DNA from: Dehalococcoidia bacterium | GTDB taxonomy: Bacteria > Chloroflexota > Dehalococcoidia > Lucifugimonadales > Australimonadaceae | Direction of reading: 5' to 3' | DNA: 64,000 nt | Assembly (NCBI GenBank): GCA_965261385.1 | Contig: CBDHDB010000002.1 | Span: forward strand, 2,813,096 to 2,877,095 | Shown here: piece after piece, positions 37,640-47,638 of the stretch | Layout: each line of letters starts with the position of its first letter | Position numbering within the stretch: position 1 is the first letter of the stretch | Program-made: the position numbers and the translations under genes | The notes under the pieces: model-generated | Database searches by the model: none | Told to the model about the DNA's origin: nothing | Seen by the model: the letters and a program-made list of their open reading frames with translations, nothing else

Positions 37640-38403
37640 GCTCGCTCCGTCACGACGTCGACGCGCTTCACCGGCGTGATGGACGCCGCCGTGATTTCGC
37701 AGCCGATGCCGTAGAACTCGACGCCCGCGCCGGCGGACGCGGCCACAGCGTCGGCGAAGGCAGGGTCGGCGGGATGCATGGCGACGGCGCAGGCGTCGTC
37801 GCGCTGCACCACGAAGAAGACGGCGGCCCGCTCACCTTGGGCGACCGCCTTGGCCAGCTCCTCAACGTGCTTGCGGCCGCGAAGGGTGGGGGCGTCGGGG
37901 AAGAGCGCCACGCCGTCCTCGACGAGGTTGCAGTTCTTCGCCTCGCCCCAGCACCGGTCCTCCCCTACCCTCGCGGACGGGAGGCCGGGAAGGTGGGCCG
38001 GGCCCTCGAACAGCAGGTCGAGCCTGCTCGCGCCGCAGGCAACCTCCCTCCGAACGCGCTCAAAGTCGTTGAGCTCGGGGAGCAGCCCGGCCCGCCACGC
38101 CTCGATCACAAGGCCAGGAGGCCGCCGGGAGTCAACGCCGACCCACCGCCCTCCGTACTCGACCAGCTCGACGTCGAAGCGCGTCTTGCGCTTGGGGGAG
38201 GCGGCATGCCGCAGCAGGACGCATGCGCCCGGCACGAAGAGCTCCGCCATGCGCCCCGAATTGGGGACGTGCGCCAGCTGCAACGAGCCGTCGACCTCCA
38301 CCTCCGCAACGAACCGGTTGGGCCGGCGGACGAACGTCGCCGTCAGGCTAGGGGCGGGAGCGGGGGTTACGGAGATTGTCGGTCTGCTATCGTCGTTCGT
38401 CAT
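37636..38403 (-). CDS. sfsA: SfsA family nuclease/DNA-binding protein
   Basis: FVRRPNRFVAEVEVDG...AHVPNSGRM is typical of SfsA. The start at 38403 was chosen over 38484. Confidence 0.85.
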   Translation of the reverse strand: MTNDDSRPTISVTPAPAPSLTATFVRRPNRFVAEVEVDGSLQLAHVPNSGRMAELFVPGACVLLRHAASPKRKTRFDVELVEYGGRWVGVDSRRPPGLVIEAWRAGLLPELNDFERVRREVACGASRLDLLFEGPAHLPGLPSARVGEDRCWGEAKNCNLVEDGVALFPDAPTLRGRKHVEELAKAVAQGERAAVFFVVQRDDACAVAMHPADPAFADAVAASAGAGVEFYGIGCEITAASITPVKRVDVVTERA

Positions 38404-38445
38404 TTCATCCGGCGGCTCTGAGGCGGCGTCCGGCGCCGTCCAGTG

Positions 38446-38740
38446 GGGAAGTTGCGGTCCCGCTACGAGTAGGAAGTTCCCCACTTGTACAGTCCCTTAC
38501 GAGTAACAACTTCCCCGAAAAACACGGAAAACCGGCGGTTTCGAGGAGTGTTTCCATGGCCACGGCCTGCTTCCCGGGTCTTGGAACAACTTCCTCACCC
38601 ACTTGCATTGCGTAACTCATGGCGGCTGCTCCGGGCAGGGGACCGTAGTTGGGACGCTCTGAAGCGGGGTAGCGACACTCCATCGTAGAGGGCGTGGGGG
38701 CGATTGGGCAATGGGCAAGTGTCAGTGCGTTGCTTGGGGT
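38446..38740 (+). other. AT-richer conserved non-coding element (copy A), inverted paralog of 50400-50765
   Basis: Shares with the reverse complement of copy B the blocks ttacgagtaa..ccgaaaa, gttt(c/t)catggcc(ac/gt)ggcctgcttcc(c/t)gggtc and ttgggcaatgggca. Confidence 0.35.
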
Positions 38741-38793
38741 ATGGGCCCCGCGTAGGTTAGCCTCAGTCTCCCATCCTGCTCTTCGGCGGTCCC

Positions 38794-39450
38794 ATGCTAC
38801 GACCCACCGACGCCCTGCCGACCTACCTCCGCGACTACCGCGAGATGCGCCACAGCCACGACCACGACCTCCTTAGCGTGTTCAGAGCGGTCCGACGCCT
38901 CATCGGCGCCCCGGACACCGTCTATCCCGGCTGCTACGTACACCTCTCGCCGTCGCTGGTGTTCCCCCGCGTGTGCTACGTGGACTCGGTCAAGGGGTTT
39001 GGCGTAGCCATGCAGTCCGACGATCTGACCGTGTGGCTCGACGCGCACAAGGAGTACGCGGAGCCGGCCTCTGTATGCGCAGTCGAGACAGCCTACGACA
39101 GGATCCCGTCCACGCTGTTCGCGAGGTTCGGCCTGATGGTGTCGCTCAATGCAGGAGCCGTCTCCCAGGAGTGCAAACCGCTGCTGACTCCCGGCGCTCA
39201 CCTCCTCGTCAACGACGGCCACTACGACGCGGCCCGCGCCCACGTAGACGGCGACTACACGCTTGTGGCGGTCCTCGGCGCCGACGGCGCTCTCGAAACG
39301 AGCGAGGAAGAGCTGCGCGAGTATTTCGTCAGCAAGCAGGGGCAGCCGCTAACACGCGACATGCTCGCTGAGAACGAGCGGCGCGCGCCAAGCAAGGCGC
39401 GGCACAAGATGGCCCGCGCAGCGGACGCGTACCTGTTCCGGTTCAGATAG
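38794..39450 (+). CDS. hypothetical protein
   Basis: 218-aa ORF with protein-like composition. No confident family assignment. Confidence 0.45.
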   Translation: MLRPTDALPTYLRDYREMRHSHDHDLLSVFRAVRRLIGAPDTVYPGCYVHLSPSLVFPRVCYVDSVKGFGVAMQSDDLTVWLDAHKEYAEPASVCAVETAYDRIPSTLFARFGLMVSLNAGAVSQECKPLLTPGAHLLVNDGHYDAARAHVDGDYTLVAVLGADGALETSEEELREYFVSKQGQPLTRDMLAENERRAPSKARHKMARAADAYLFRFR

Positions 39451-39475
39451 GCGGGCGCGCCAGCAGCCCTCAGAT

Positions 39476-39545
39476 AACACCACAACCGACGAAAATAGGG
39501 GGTGGGACGGCACTCTCTCTAAACTCTCCCCCGCAGACGAGATTC
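39476..39545 (+). repeat. Repeat fragment (aacaccacaaccgacgaaaatagg module plus ctcccccgcagacgag hairpin)
   Basis: The same modules occur at 20541-20565 and, inverted, at 50110-50135. Confidence 0.7.
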
Positions 39546-39555
39546 TTGCGTAGCC

Positions 39556-39948
39556 CTATGCACCGGTCCGTGCGGCGGTGCGAATGGCGTGCTCTACGTA
39601 GTCCTTGCGGGAGATACGCAGGCGCTTGGCCTCTTCGACGATGGTTTCAGCGATCGCTGCATCGAGGTAGAGGTTGACGCGTTTCACCTCAGTCCGGCGC
39701 GGGCGAACCAGCAGGACGGGGAGCAGTGTAGTCCCTTGCGGTACGCTGATGTCCTCTGGGGCGCTGGGCATGGCGAAGGTGCGGCCGCGAGCTTCGGCGG
39801 CGTCCATCCAGTCGGCTATTGCTTCCTGTGCGTTCGCGATGGCGTTGTCAATGGTCGCGCCCATAGCGTGGCAGCCGGGCAGGTCAGGGAAGACGATGCC
39901 GTAGGCGCCCTTCTTGCCGTCGAGTAGTGCGGGGTACCGCATGCTCAT
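39556..39948 (-). CDS. hicB: HicB family antitoxin
   Basis: YPALLDGKKGAYGIVFPDLPGCHAMG is typical of the HicB N-terminal domain. A ribbon-helix-helix-like C-terminus is present. Confidence 0.85.
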   Translation of the reverse strand: MSMRYPALLDGKKGAYGIVFPDLPGCHAMGATIDNAIANAQEAIADWMDAAEARGRTFAMPSAPEDISVPQGTTLLPVLLVRPRRTEVKRVNLYLDAAIAETIVEEAKRLRISRKDYVEHAIRTAARTGA

Positions 39949-40135
39949 GCCTCCCATCCAGCTATTTTGGCAATGCTGCGGGCGACCCCTGGCGAGACTT
40001 CGCGATGCCGTGGCAGTTGTATCTGCTCGGTGATGACGCTGTGCAGTAGATGTCGTGCTTGTTGCCGGGTCGCGCGAGGCGCCAACCTTCCCTGAGGAGT
40101 TGCTGCCGTATCCTTCGGATGTTGGTCTCTATCAC
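39945..40135 (-). pseudogene. hicA: hicA toxin gene with an apparent frameshift
   Basis: The N-terminal part (IRRIRQQLLREGWRLARPGNKHDIY) and the C-terminal part (HSVITEQIQLPRHREVSPGVARSIAKIAGWEA) are in different frames. The span is 191 nt, not a multiple of 3. Confidence 0.55.
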
Positions 40136-40284
40136 GGGCCTATTCTAACGCGCGCGATTCGTGCATCAGTCAACACTTTGCCATTGCATTGGATACGAGG
40201 GCCGACGCATGGCGGCACAGGGGGCTGAGTGGACAAGGGAATGTTCCACGCAGGTCCGCCGCGCCGCTGTTGTATAGTTCGGAC

Positions 40285-40464
40285 ATGGATATTCGACAGT
40301 GCGACGAGTGCGGAACGCCGGTCGAGAGAGGCGTGGACGGCGTGGTCCAGTGCCCCATGTGCCTGATGACGTACGCTGATTCCCTGCTCACGGACGACAC
40401 CATCATCGAGGAGGGACTCTCCCTCAGCGAGGTTATGCGCATGGTCAGCGAGGCCCAGCGATGA
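40285..40464 (+). CDS. small zinc-ribbon protein
   Basis: CDEC...CPMC. Its end overlaps the start of the following gene. Confidence 0.45.
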   Translation: MDIRQCDECGTPVERGVDGVVQCPMCLMTYADSLLTDDTIIEEGLSLSEVMRMVSEAQR

Positions 40465-41249
40465 GCGACGAGCTTCTCGTGCAGCGCGACGGGCCCGTTG
40501 CGACGGTCATCATCAACCGTCCGGAGCAGCGCAACGCCATCTCCCACGCTATGTGGCAGGCCCTCCCCGGCCTTCTGGCCGAGCTCGAAGGCGACGACGC
40601 GGTGCGGGTCATCGTCTTTACCGGCGCGGGCGACAAGGCGTTCTCCGCAGGCGCCGACATTAAGGACTTCGAGGAGACCCGCAGCACCCCGGAGAGGGCG
40701 CGCAGCTACCGTGGCACGGTCAACGCCGCCTGCGAGGCCATCGGTCGCCTCTCCAAGCCCACCATCGCCTCCATACGCGGCTACTGCCTCGGCGGGGGCT
40801 TCGAGCTTGCGCTCTACGCGGACATCCGCATCGCGGCCTCCGACGCCCAGCTCGGCCTGCCCGCCGCAAAACGCGGCATCGTCATCTCCCACGGCCACGT
40901 GGACCGGGTCATGCGCCTCGCGGGCTCCGGTGGCGCGAGCTATCTCCTATTGACGGGACGCTCCATCTCCGCCGACCAAGCCCTCGCCGCCGGCCTCCTC
41001 AGCGTCGTGGTCGAGCCGGAGGATTTACAGAGCGAGACCGGCGTCCTCGCCACCGAGATTGCCGAGCTGTCGCCGGTGTCACATCGCTTCCACAAGGAGG
41101 TCGTGCGCGACCTCCTCGAGTTCGGACCGGCGGACCAGGTCCCCCAGGAGCGTCACGACGCGCTGCGGACAACCGAAGCCAGTGAGGACTTCCTCGAAGG
41201 CGTCCGCTCCTTCAAAGAGAAGCGCAAGCCCCAGTTTCCTGGACGCTGA
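40461..41249 (+). CDS. enoyl-CoA hydratase/isomerase family protein
   Basis: 262 aa with crotonase-fold motifs (NRPEQRNA, FSAGADI, GGGFELAL). Confidence 0.9.
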   Translation: MSDELLVQRDGPVATVIINRPEQRNAISHAMWQALPGLLAELEGDDAVRVIVFTGAGDKAFSAGADIKDFEETRSTPERARSYRGTVNAACEAIGRLSKPTIASIRGYCLGGGFELALYADIRIAASDAQLGLPAAKRGIVISHGHVDRVMRLAGSGGASYLLLTGRSISADQALAAGLLSVVVEPEDLQSETGVLATEIAELSPVSHRFHKEVVRDLLEFGPADQVPQERHDALRTTEASEDFLEGVRSFKEKRKPQFPGR

Positions 41250-41354
41250 CGGGGGCGAGGCGCTGACTGGACAAACGCCTTCCCGCGTGCCATCGTTCAC
41301 CTCCTAGGACATGGAGGGCGCGCCCCGAAGAGAGGGAGCGCGAAAGGAGACGTT

Positions 41355-42341
41355 ATGGCAGAAATCGTACTTGGGCTCGGCACGTCCCACTCGCCTCTCC
41401 TCAGCATCCCGAACGGGCTCTGGGCCTCGTACGCGGAGCGAGACAAGGAGAACCGAAACCTCTATCGCGTCCCGGACGGCAAGCACGTCAACTACGAAGA
41501 ACTCCTCTCCGAGGCCGACCCCGCCGTCCGGAAGGAGCTGACGGAGGACGTGTTCGAACGGCGACACGAGGCCAACCAGCGCGGCATCGCCAAGGTGGCC
41601 GAAGCCCTCGCCGAAGCCGACCCGGACGTGCTCATCATGTTCGGCGACGACCAGAGCGAGATCTTCGATAAGGAGGCGATGCCTCCCTTCTGCGTCTTCT
41701 GGCAGGACGAGGTGTCGTTCGGGCCCCGCGCCGGCCGCAACCAAGAGTCGGACCGGGCCCGCATCGACTACTACGGCGGAGACGACGCCCGCCTCTACCC
41801 CGTCCACGCCGAGCTGGGCAGGCATATCGTCCAGTCGTTGAACGACCAGAACTTCGACACGATGCACGTCCGCCGGATGAGGGAAGGGCAGAACATGAGC
41901 CACGCCTTCGGGTTCGTCTGGCGCCGGCTGATGTCCGGCAAGGTCGTGCCGACGGTCCCCGTCCACATCAACACCTACTTCCCGCCCAACCAGCCGACGC
42001 CCGAGCGCTGCTGGAACTTCGGCAAGGCAGTCCGGGAAGCCGTGTCCAGCTGGGACAGCGGGACGCGCGTCGCGGTCCTCGGATCAGGCGGCTTCAGCCA
42101 CTTCATCGTCGACGAGGAGATCGACCAGCGCTGCCTCAAGCTCATCGAGGAGCGAGACGAGCAAGGAGTCGCCGCCCTGCCGACGGAGCGGCTCCAAGCC
42201 GGGACCTCCGAGATACGAAACTGGTTCGCGGCGGCCGGGGCGATGGGCGACGACATGGAATTCGACCTGTTCGACTACGTCCCCTGCTACCGCTCCGAGG
42301 CCGGGACGGGCTGCGGCATGGCTTTCGCCAAGTGGTCGTAG
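41355..42341 (+). CDS. class III extradiol ring-cleavage dioxygenase (LigB family)
   Basis: 328 aa. The N-terminus GLGTSHSP and the GSGGFSHF motif are typical of the LigB/gallate dioxygenase family. Confidence 0.8.
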   Translation: MAEIVLGLGTSHSPLLSIPNGLWASYAERDKENRNLYRVPDGKHVNYEELLSEADPAVRKELTEDVFERRHEANQRGIAKVAEALAEADPDVLIMFGDDQSEIFDKEAMPPFCVFWQDEVSFGPRAGRNQESDRARIDYYGGDDARLYPVHAELGRHIVQSLNDQNFDTMHVRRMREGQNMSHAFGFVWRRLMSGKVVPTVPVHINTYFPPNQPTPERCWNFGKAVREAVSSWDSGTRVAVLGSGGFSHFIVDEEIDQRCLKLIEERDEQGVAALPTERLQAGTSEIRNWFAAAGAMGDDMEFDLFDYVPCYRSEAGTGCGMAFAKWS

Positions 42342-42377
42342 CCTAGCCGCCGACGGACCCACTGGCGTTCGCCTCCG

Positions 42378-43244
42378 TCACCAAGGCAGCATCGGCTCGG
42401 CTGCGAAGGTGACGAAGGCGACCGCCAGATAGAGCAGCGAGTACTTGTACGCCGCGACGACTTGGCGCACCTCGCCGCCATTGAGCAGCGGCCACGTAGT
42501 CCGCAGCCAATTCACGCCGAGCAGCGTCGTAACGATCGCGAAGGTCAGCCCGCCGTAGCCCGCAGCCAGCGGAAGCCACGCCATCGCCGTGAGTAGGACG
42601 ACGTACAGCAGCACCTGCCGCACGGTGTCGCGCCGGCTGGCCACCGCCGCCAGCATCGGCACCTTCGCCGCGGCGTAGTCCTCCCGGAGCAGCATCGAGA
42701 GCGTCCAGAAGTGCGGGGGCGTCCAGAAGAAGACGAAGGCGAACATGTAGATTCCCACCGTCGTGATTTCCGACGAAACGGCGGCCGCGCCGATGAGCGG
42801 AGGGAACGCTCCGGCAGCCCCGCCGATGACGATGTTGTTCCACGAGCGGCGCTTCAGGAGCATGGTGTAGACCAGCACGTAGACAGCCGCGGCGCCGAAG
42901 GTGAGCGCCGCCGCCAGCAGGTTTGCCCCCGCCGCCATGAGCGCCGTCGCCATCGCCACCAACACCCCCCCCATGACGGCGGCGCCGCGCGGACTCACCT
43001 CCTGCGCAGGCACGGGGCGCGTCTGCGTGCGGCGCATCACGGTGTCGATGTCCGCGTCCAGACCCTGATTGATGGCGTTGGCGCCCGCGGCGGCGAGCGC
43101 GCCCGCGACAATGACCGTCAGCAGCACACCCACGTCCGGCGGCCCCTCCGCCGCCCGCCAGGCGCCCGCGGCCCCAGTCAGCACGAGCAGGGATATGACC
43201 CGCGGCTTGGAGAGCGCGACGACACGGCGTAGGAACGCCGCCAT
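42378..43244 (-). CDS. ctaB: protoheme IX farnesyltransferase (heme O synthase)
   Basis: Only the C-terminal 288 aa of the 566-aa ORF are plausible (MAAFLRRVVALSKPRVISLL..., UbiA-type motifs). Confidence 0.9.
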   Translation of the reverse strand: MAAFLRRVVALSKPRVISLLVLTGAAGAWRAAEGPPDVGVLLTVIVAGALAAAGANAINQGLDADIDTVMRRTQTRPVPAQEVSPRGAAVMGGVLVAMATALMAAGANLLAAALTFGAAAVYVLVYTMLLKRRSWNNIVIGGAAGAFPPLIGAAAVSSEITTVGIYMFAFVFFWTPPHFWTLSMLLREDYAAAKVPMLAAVASRRDTVRQVLLYVVLLTAMAWLPLAAGYGGLTFAIVTTLLGVNWLRTTWPLLNGGEVRQVVAAYKYSLLYLAVAFVTFAAEPMLPW

Positions 43245-44122
43245 CAGCGCGAGCGTCCGAGCAACGCGAAGCTCAGCTGGGCCACGACGGCCCACCACAC
43301 CGCAGCGGCCAGCCCTAAGTGCAACACCCTCAGCGCCTGGGGCAGCTGCATCGCCACCGCGGTCACCCCGACTGCGACCTGCGCGCCAGCTAGCAGCGCG
43401 GCTATGACGCTCAGCCGCAGCGTCCAGCCGCCCGAGCCGCGCGCCTGCCACGCGGTCCACGCGAGCGCCAACAGCAGCAGCGTCGCCGCTACACGGTGCG
43501 TTAGATGCAAGCCTGTGGCCTCCGCGCTGCTGCGCGCGTCGCACAGCGGCAGACCGGGGCACCCCGCGCTCTGCCCCGCGCCGACAATCGCTCCGCCCGC
43601 GAGCAGGACGAACCCCGAGGCGACGGCCAGCGCCCGCCATCGCCGAACGTCCGGCGGCGGGGTTAGGCGCACGTCGAGCGCTCGGACCGCGCCGGCCGTG
43701 AGCAGTGCCAGCGTCAACATCGAAAAGACCAAGTGCGCCAGCCGCACCATGCCGTGCAGCTCGGTGAGCACCGTGACGCCCCCCAGCACCGCCTGCGCAA
43801 GGATTGCCGCCAGCGCGCCGACAAGCAGGCGGGCGCTCAGCCGGTCGGCGCGACGGGCGCGGAACGCGAACAGCGCGGAGACGGCAGCGAGCAGCATCGT
43901 CACGCCGGCGTAGGCGCGATGCCCGAACTCGATGGCCGTCGCGCCCTCGATCTCCGGGATGAGCACGCCCTCGCACAGCGGCCAGTCCGGGCAGCCTAGG
44001 CCGGAGCCCGATACGCGCACCCACGCTCCGTAGGCGATGAGGCCGAACGTCAGCACCGCCGCTCCGAGCGCAAGCCATCCGGCGCGGCGGGTATGCGCCG
44101 TAAGAGGTTGCCGCGCCTGCAT
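43244..44122 (-). CDS. ctaA: heme A synthase (COX15/CtaA)
   Basis: 292 aa, polytopic membrane protein, with SGSGLGCPDWPLC. Confidence 0.85.
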   Translation of the reverse strand: MQARQPLTAHTRRAGWLALGAAVLTFGLIAYGAWVRVSGSGLGCPDWPLCEGVLIPEIEGATAIEFGHRAYAGVTMLLAAVSALFAFRARRADRLSARLLVGALAAILAQAVLGGVTVLTELHGMVRLAHLVFSMLTLALLTAGAVRALDVRLTPPPDVRRWRALAVASGFVLLAGGAIVGAGQSAGCPGLPLCDARSSAEATGLHLTHRVAATLLLLALAWTAWQARGSGGWTLRLSVIAALLAGAQVAVGVTAVAMQLPQALRVLHLGLAAAVWWAVVAQLSFALLGRSR

Positions 44123-44126
44123 GGGC

Positions 44127-44327
44127 CTACACGCTCCTCGATGACATGACCGCCAGCAGGACGATCAGCCCCGCAGGCAGCAACGTCCAAACGACCTCAG
44201 CCGGACGCGCTCCCCAGATGCCGCGCGCGGCATGTGTGCGGACGGGCATACGCAAGGCCGTGACGATAATGGCTGCTTCGGCCAGCGCCATCAGGCTAAC
44301 GACTATCCAGAATCCTGCGGTGGGCAT
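44127..44327 (-). CDS. small two-helix membrane protein (resembles the N-terminal TM region of cytochrome oxidase subunit II)
   Basis: 66 aa. EVVWTLLPAGLIVLLAV resembles CoxB TM2. Lies upstream of ctaA. Confidence 0.4.
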   Translation of the reverse strand: MPTAGFWIVVSLMALAEAAIIVTALRMPVRTHAARGIWGARPAEVVWTLLPAGLIVLLAVMSSRSV

Positions 44328-44452
44328 TTATGATGCGCTACATGAACCGCGCGCGGTTGCCGTGTGGCAAGGCCGCGCGCTTACTCTATGGTAGCGTAAC
44401 CGAGTCCGCCGCCGCTACGGCGGAAAAGTCCCAGGGCTCGCCGGAGGGAGTG

Positions 44453-45214
44453 ATGGACATTCGAGAAGAAGAGCTCGATCTACCCGTGGACGAGGGGACG
44501 ATGGCCACGTTCGTGTACCGGCCCGACGACGACGAGCCCCGGCCGGCCATCATCATGGTCCACGACGCGCTCGGCCTCAGCGTCGACGCCCGCGCCCAAG
44601 CGCGATGGATCGCCGAGCAGGGCTACGTGGTCGCCGCTCCCGATACGTTCCACCGGGCGGGGCGCCTACTGACCACAACCGCTCTCGGCGGCGGCGAAGA
44701 AGCCACCCGCCGCATCCGCCAGGGTATGACCAACGACGACCACCGCTCCGATATGGCCCGCCGCGCCGCGTTCCTCAGAGAGCAACCAGCCGTCAACGGG
44801 CGGGTGGGGCTGACCGGCTTCTGCCTGGGCGGACGCATCTCCTACCTGGGCGCGACGATGGGCGGCGTGTTCGACGCCGTCGTCGCCTTCTATCCGACGC
44901 GCCTCCGCGAGCCGGACCCCGCCGTCCCCGGCTCACCGAGCCCCATCGATGACGCGGGCAACATCACGCGGCCGCTGCTCATGTTCTTTCCGGAGCTCGA
45001 CGGCTTCAACCCGGCAGAGGGAGTGGACGTCATCCGCGCCGCCTCCGAGAACTCTCCCGGCGAGGTCGAGGCAGTCTGGGTCGAGGGAGCAGACCACGGG
45101 TTCGCCCAGCCTGCGGGCAGCAAGCATCATCCGCAGCGCAGCGCCGAGGCGTGGGAGCGGGCGCTCTCATTCTTCGCCGAGCATCTCAGCGCAACGCCCT
45201 CGCGGGCGCAGTAG
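44453..45214 (+). CDS. dienelactone hydrolase family protein
   Basis: The start is preceded by GGAGGGAG. Has the nucleophile region GFCLGG and a C-terminal GADHGF. Confidence 0.85.
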   Translation: MDIREEELDLPVDEGTMATFVYRPDDDEPRPAIIMVHDALGLSVDARAQARWIAEQGYVVAAPDTFHRAGRLLTTTALGGGEEATRRIRQGMTNDDHRSDMARRAAFLREQPAVNGRVGLTGFCLGGRISYLGATMGGVFDAVVAFYPTRLREPDPAVPGSPSPIDDAGNITRPLLMFFPELDGFNPAEGVDVIRAASENSPGEVEAVWVEGADHGFAQPAGSKHHPQRSAEAWERALSFFAEHLSATPSRAQ

Positions 45215-45215
45215 T

Positions 45216-45262
45216 CAGCGAGATTCCCGCCTGCGCGGGAATGACGGAGTGCCCGTGCCCTC
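45216..45262 (+). repeat. Hairpin repeat (core 45220-45247) between the two DLH paralogs
   Basis: GAGATTCCCGCCTGCGCGGGAATGACGG. Confidence 0.85.
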
Positions 45263-45293
45263 GCGGGCGAGGCAATAGCAATAAGGAGCGCAC

Positions 45294-46028
45294 ATGGACA
45301 TCATCGAGCAGATCATCGACATCGAGACAGCCGACGGGCCGATGGCCGCGCCGGGCGCGCGTCCGGCAACCGGCGGGCCCCATCCCGCCGTGATCGTCGT
45401 CATGGAAGCGTTCGGGGTGAACCTGAACATCATCGGCATCACCACCCGCTTCGCCGAGCAGGGCTACGTCGCCGTCGCGCCCGACCTCTTCCATCGATCG
45501 GGCCGCCTCCGCTACGCCCCGTACGACAAGCTCCAGGAGATGCGGGCCGAGCTCCGCGTCGGCTTCAGCGACGCATCGGTCGACGCGGACATTCAGGCGA
45601 CCATCGACCATCTCAACGCCGACCCCGGCGTCAGCGGCGCCAGCGGCATCGTGGGTTTCTGCCTTGGCGGGCGAATCTCCCTGCAGTCCGCGGTCCGGGC
45701 GCGCGGCCTCTCCGGCGCGGCCATCTACTACGGCGGCTTCATGTTCCCCGGCGACGACCAGCCCGAGGCGTTCTCCGCACTCGCCGAGTCGCCGGACCTG
45801 AGCATTCCCGTGGTGGGCTTCTTCGGCAACGGCGACCAGAACCCCACGCCCGAGCAGGCCCACGCCTTGGACGACCGCCTAACGGCCTTGGACAAGGAGC
45901 ACCGCTTCCACTACTACGAAGGCGCCGGCCACGGCTTCTTCTGCGACGACCGCGGCAGCCACAACCCCGAAGCCGCTGCCGACGCGTGGGAGAAGACGCT
46001 CGCCTTCTTCGCCCAGAGCCTTCGCTAG
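45294..46028 (+). CDS. dienelactone hydrolase family protein (paralog)
   Basis: GFCLGG and GAGHGF motifs. Confidence 0.85.
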   Translation: MDIIEQIIDIETADGPMAAPGARPATGGPHPAVIVVMEAFGVNLNIIGITTRFAEQGYVAVAPDLFHRSGRLRYAPYDKLQEMRAELRVGFSDASVDADIQATIDHLNADPGVSGASGIVGFCLGGRISLQSAVRARGLSGAAIYYGGFMFPGDDQPEAFSALAESPDLSIPVVGFFGNGDQNPTPEQAHALDDRLTALDKEHRFHYYEGAGHGFFCDDRGSHNPEAAADAWEKTLAFFAQSLR

Positions 46029-46066
46029 CCCCTTCCTCAGTCTCCCCCTCGAAGACGGGGGAGGAG

Positions 46067-47455
46067 CTAGAGCCCGTAGGTCTCCAGGAAGCGCAGCCAG
46101 ATCTCGCTGAGGGTGGGGAATGACGGCGTGGCGTGCCAGAGGCGGTCCAACGTCACCTCGCCCACGATGGCGATGGTGGCCGCGTGGGTGAGCTCGGCCA
46201 CGCCCGGCCCCACGAACGTCGCGCCCACCAGCACCCGACGGTCCTCGTCGACGACGAACTTCACGCCGCCCTTGAACCCTTCGCCAAGCAGCGGCGCGGC
46301 TGCGACGCCCCACCCCATCTCGACGACGCGAATATTCAGCCCCTTGTTGCGCGCGGCCCGCTCCGTCAGCCCTACGCTCCCCACCTGCGGGTCCGTGAAT
46401 ATGACCGCGGGCACGGCCCCGTTGTCCGCCCACGCCGACGCATCCTTGCCGAGGATGTGGTCGCCCGCCTGACGCGCCTGGTACTTACCCTGATGCGTAA
46501 GCAGCGCCCGGCCGTTCACGTCGCCCACCGCGTAGAGCCAGCCCCCCTCCACGCCCTCGACCTGCAGATGGTCGTTGACCGTGACGAAACGGCTCGCCGT
46601 TACCCCGACGGTATCGAGGCCAACGCCGTCCACGACGCCTGCCCTGCCCGCCGCCACGACGATCTGCTCCGCCGAAATCTCTTCGCCGTTGTCCATCGTC
46701 GCCTTCACGCCCGCTTCCGTGCGCTCCACGGACGACACGACGCAGCCGAGGCGGAACACGACCCCCTGCTCTTCGAGCGACGAGATAACCGCCTCCAGGG
46801 CGAACGGCTCCAGCGTGGCCGAGTCCTGGGGCTGCAGCCGCTCCAGCACCGTGACGCTGCCCGTCCCCAGCGACTTCCACGCCTGCGCCATCTCGAGGCC
46901 GACGACGCCGCCGCCGATGATGATCAAGCTCTCGGGCACGCTCGGCGCCGACGTGATCTCGCGGCTCGTCCAAGGCGCGGCTTCCGCCAGCCCCGGAATC
47001 GGCGGAACGAACCCCACCGACCCCGTCGCCAGCACGACGGCCTTCCGCGCCTCGAGCTCGACCTCCGCGCCGTTTGCCTGCTCGACGACCACGCGTCTCT
47101 CGCCTGTCAGCCGGCCCTTCCCGCGAATGAGAGCGGCGCCGACCGAATCGACCCATGCCGCCTGGCCGCTGTCGTCCCATCTGCTGGCGAAGGCGTCGCG
47201 GGCCCGCAGCGCGCGGGCGGCGTCCACCGTTCCCGTGACGGCGTCGCGGGCCGCCGGAACACGCCGCGCCGCGGCGAGCGCCTCGGCGGGCCTCAGCAGC
47301 GCCTTGCTGGGCATACAGGCCCAGTACGTGCACTCCCCGCCCACCAGCTCCGACTCCACAATTGCGGTGCTGAGGCCGCCGGGCGACGTTCGCCCCGCCA
47401 CGTTCTCGCCCGCCGCCCCGCCGCCGATGATGATTACGTCGTAGGTTTCGGTCAT
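46067..47455 (-). CDS. FAD-dependent pyridine nucleotide-disulfide oxidoreductase (dihydrolipoyl dehydrogenase/mycothione reductase-like)
   Basis: GGGAAG dinucleotide fold, a redox-active pair in GGECTYWACMPSK, and a C-terminal dimerisation domain. Confidence 0.85.
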   Translation of the reverse strand: MTETYDVIIIGGGAAGENVAGRTSPGGLSTAIVESELVGGECTYWACMPSKALLRPAEALAAARRVPAARDAVTGTVDAARALRARDAFASRWDDSGQAAWVDSVGAALIRGKGRLTGERRVVVEQANGAEVELEARKAVVLATGSVGFVPPIPGLAEAAPWTSREITSAPSVPESLIIIGGGVVGLEMAQAWKSLGTGSVTVLERLQPQDSATLEPFALEAVISSLEEQGVVFRLGCVVSSVERTEAGVKATMDNGEEISAEQIVVAAGRAGVVDGVGLDTVGVTASRFVTVNDHLQVEGVEGGWLYAVGDVNGRALLTHQGKYQARQAGDHILGKDASAWADNGAVPAVIFTDPQVGSVGLTERAARNKGLNIRVVEMGWGVAAAPLLGEGFKGGVKFVVDEDRRVLVGATFVGPGVAELTHAATIAIVGEVTLDRLWHATPSFPTLSEIWLRFLETYGL

Positions 47456-47638
47456 GTTCGTCCCCGCGTCTTCGGTTGATTGCGTTCTAGGTTACCGGCA
47501 TCGTTCGGAATATAGGAGGAGCCACAGCGCCGCCGAATCCCCATCCTTTGGTCCGTGTCTGCAGAGACGGATGGGGAGGCAGGGAGTCCCGGCGGATCCC
47601 AATGGGCGTTAACTTCGCTCTGTCCCCGTCTGGGGTTG

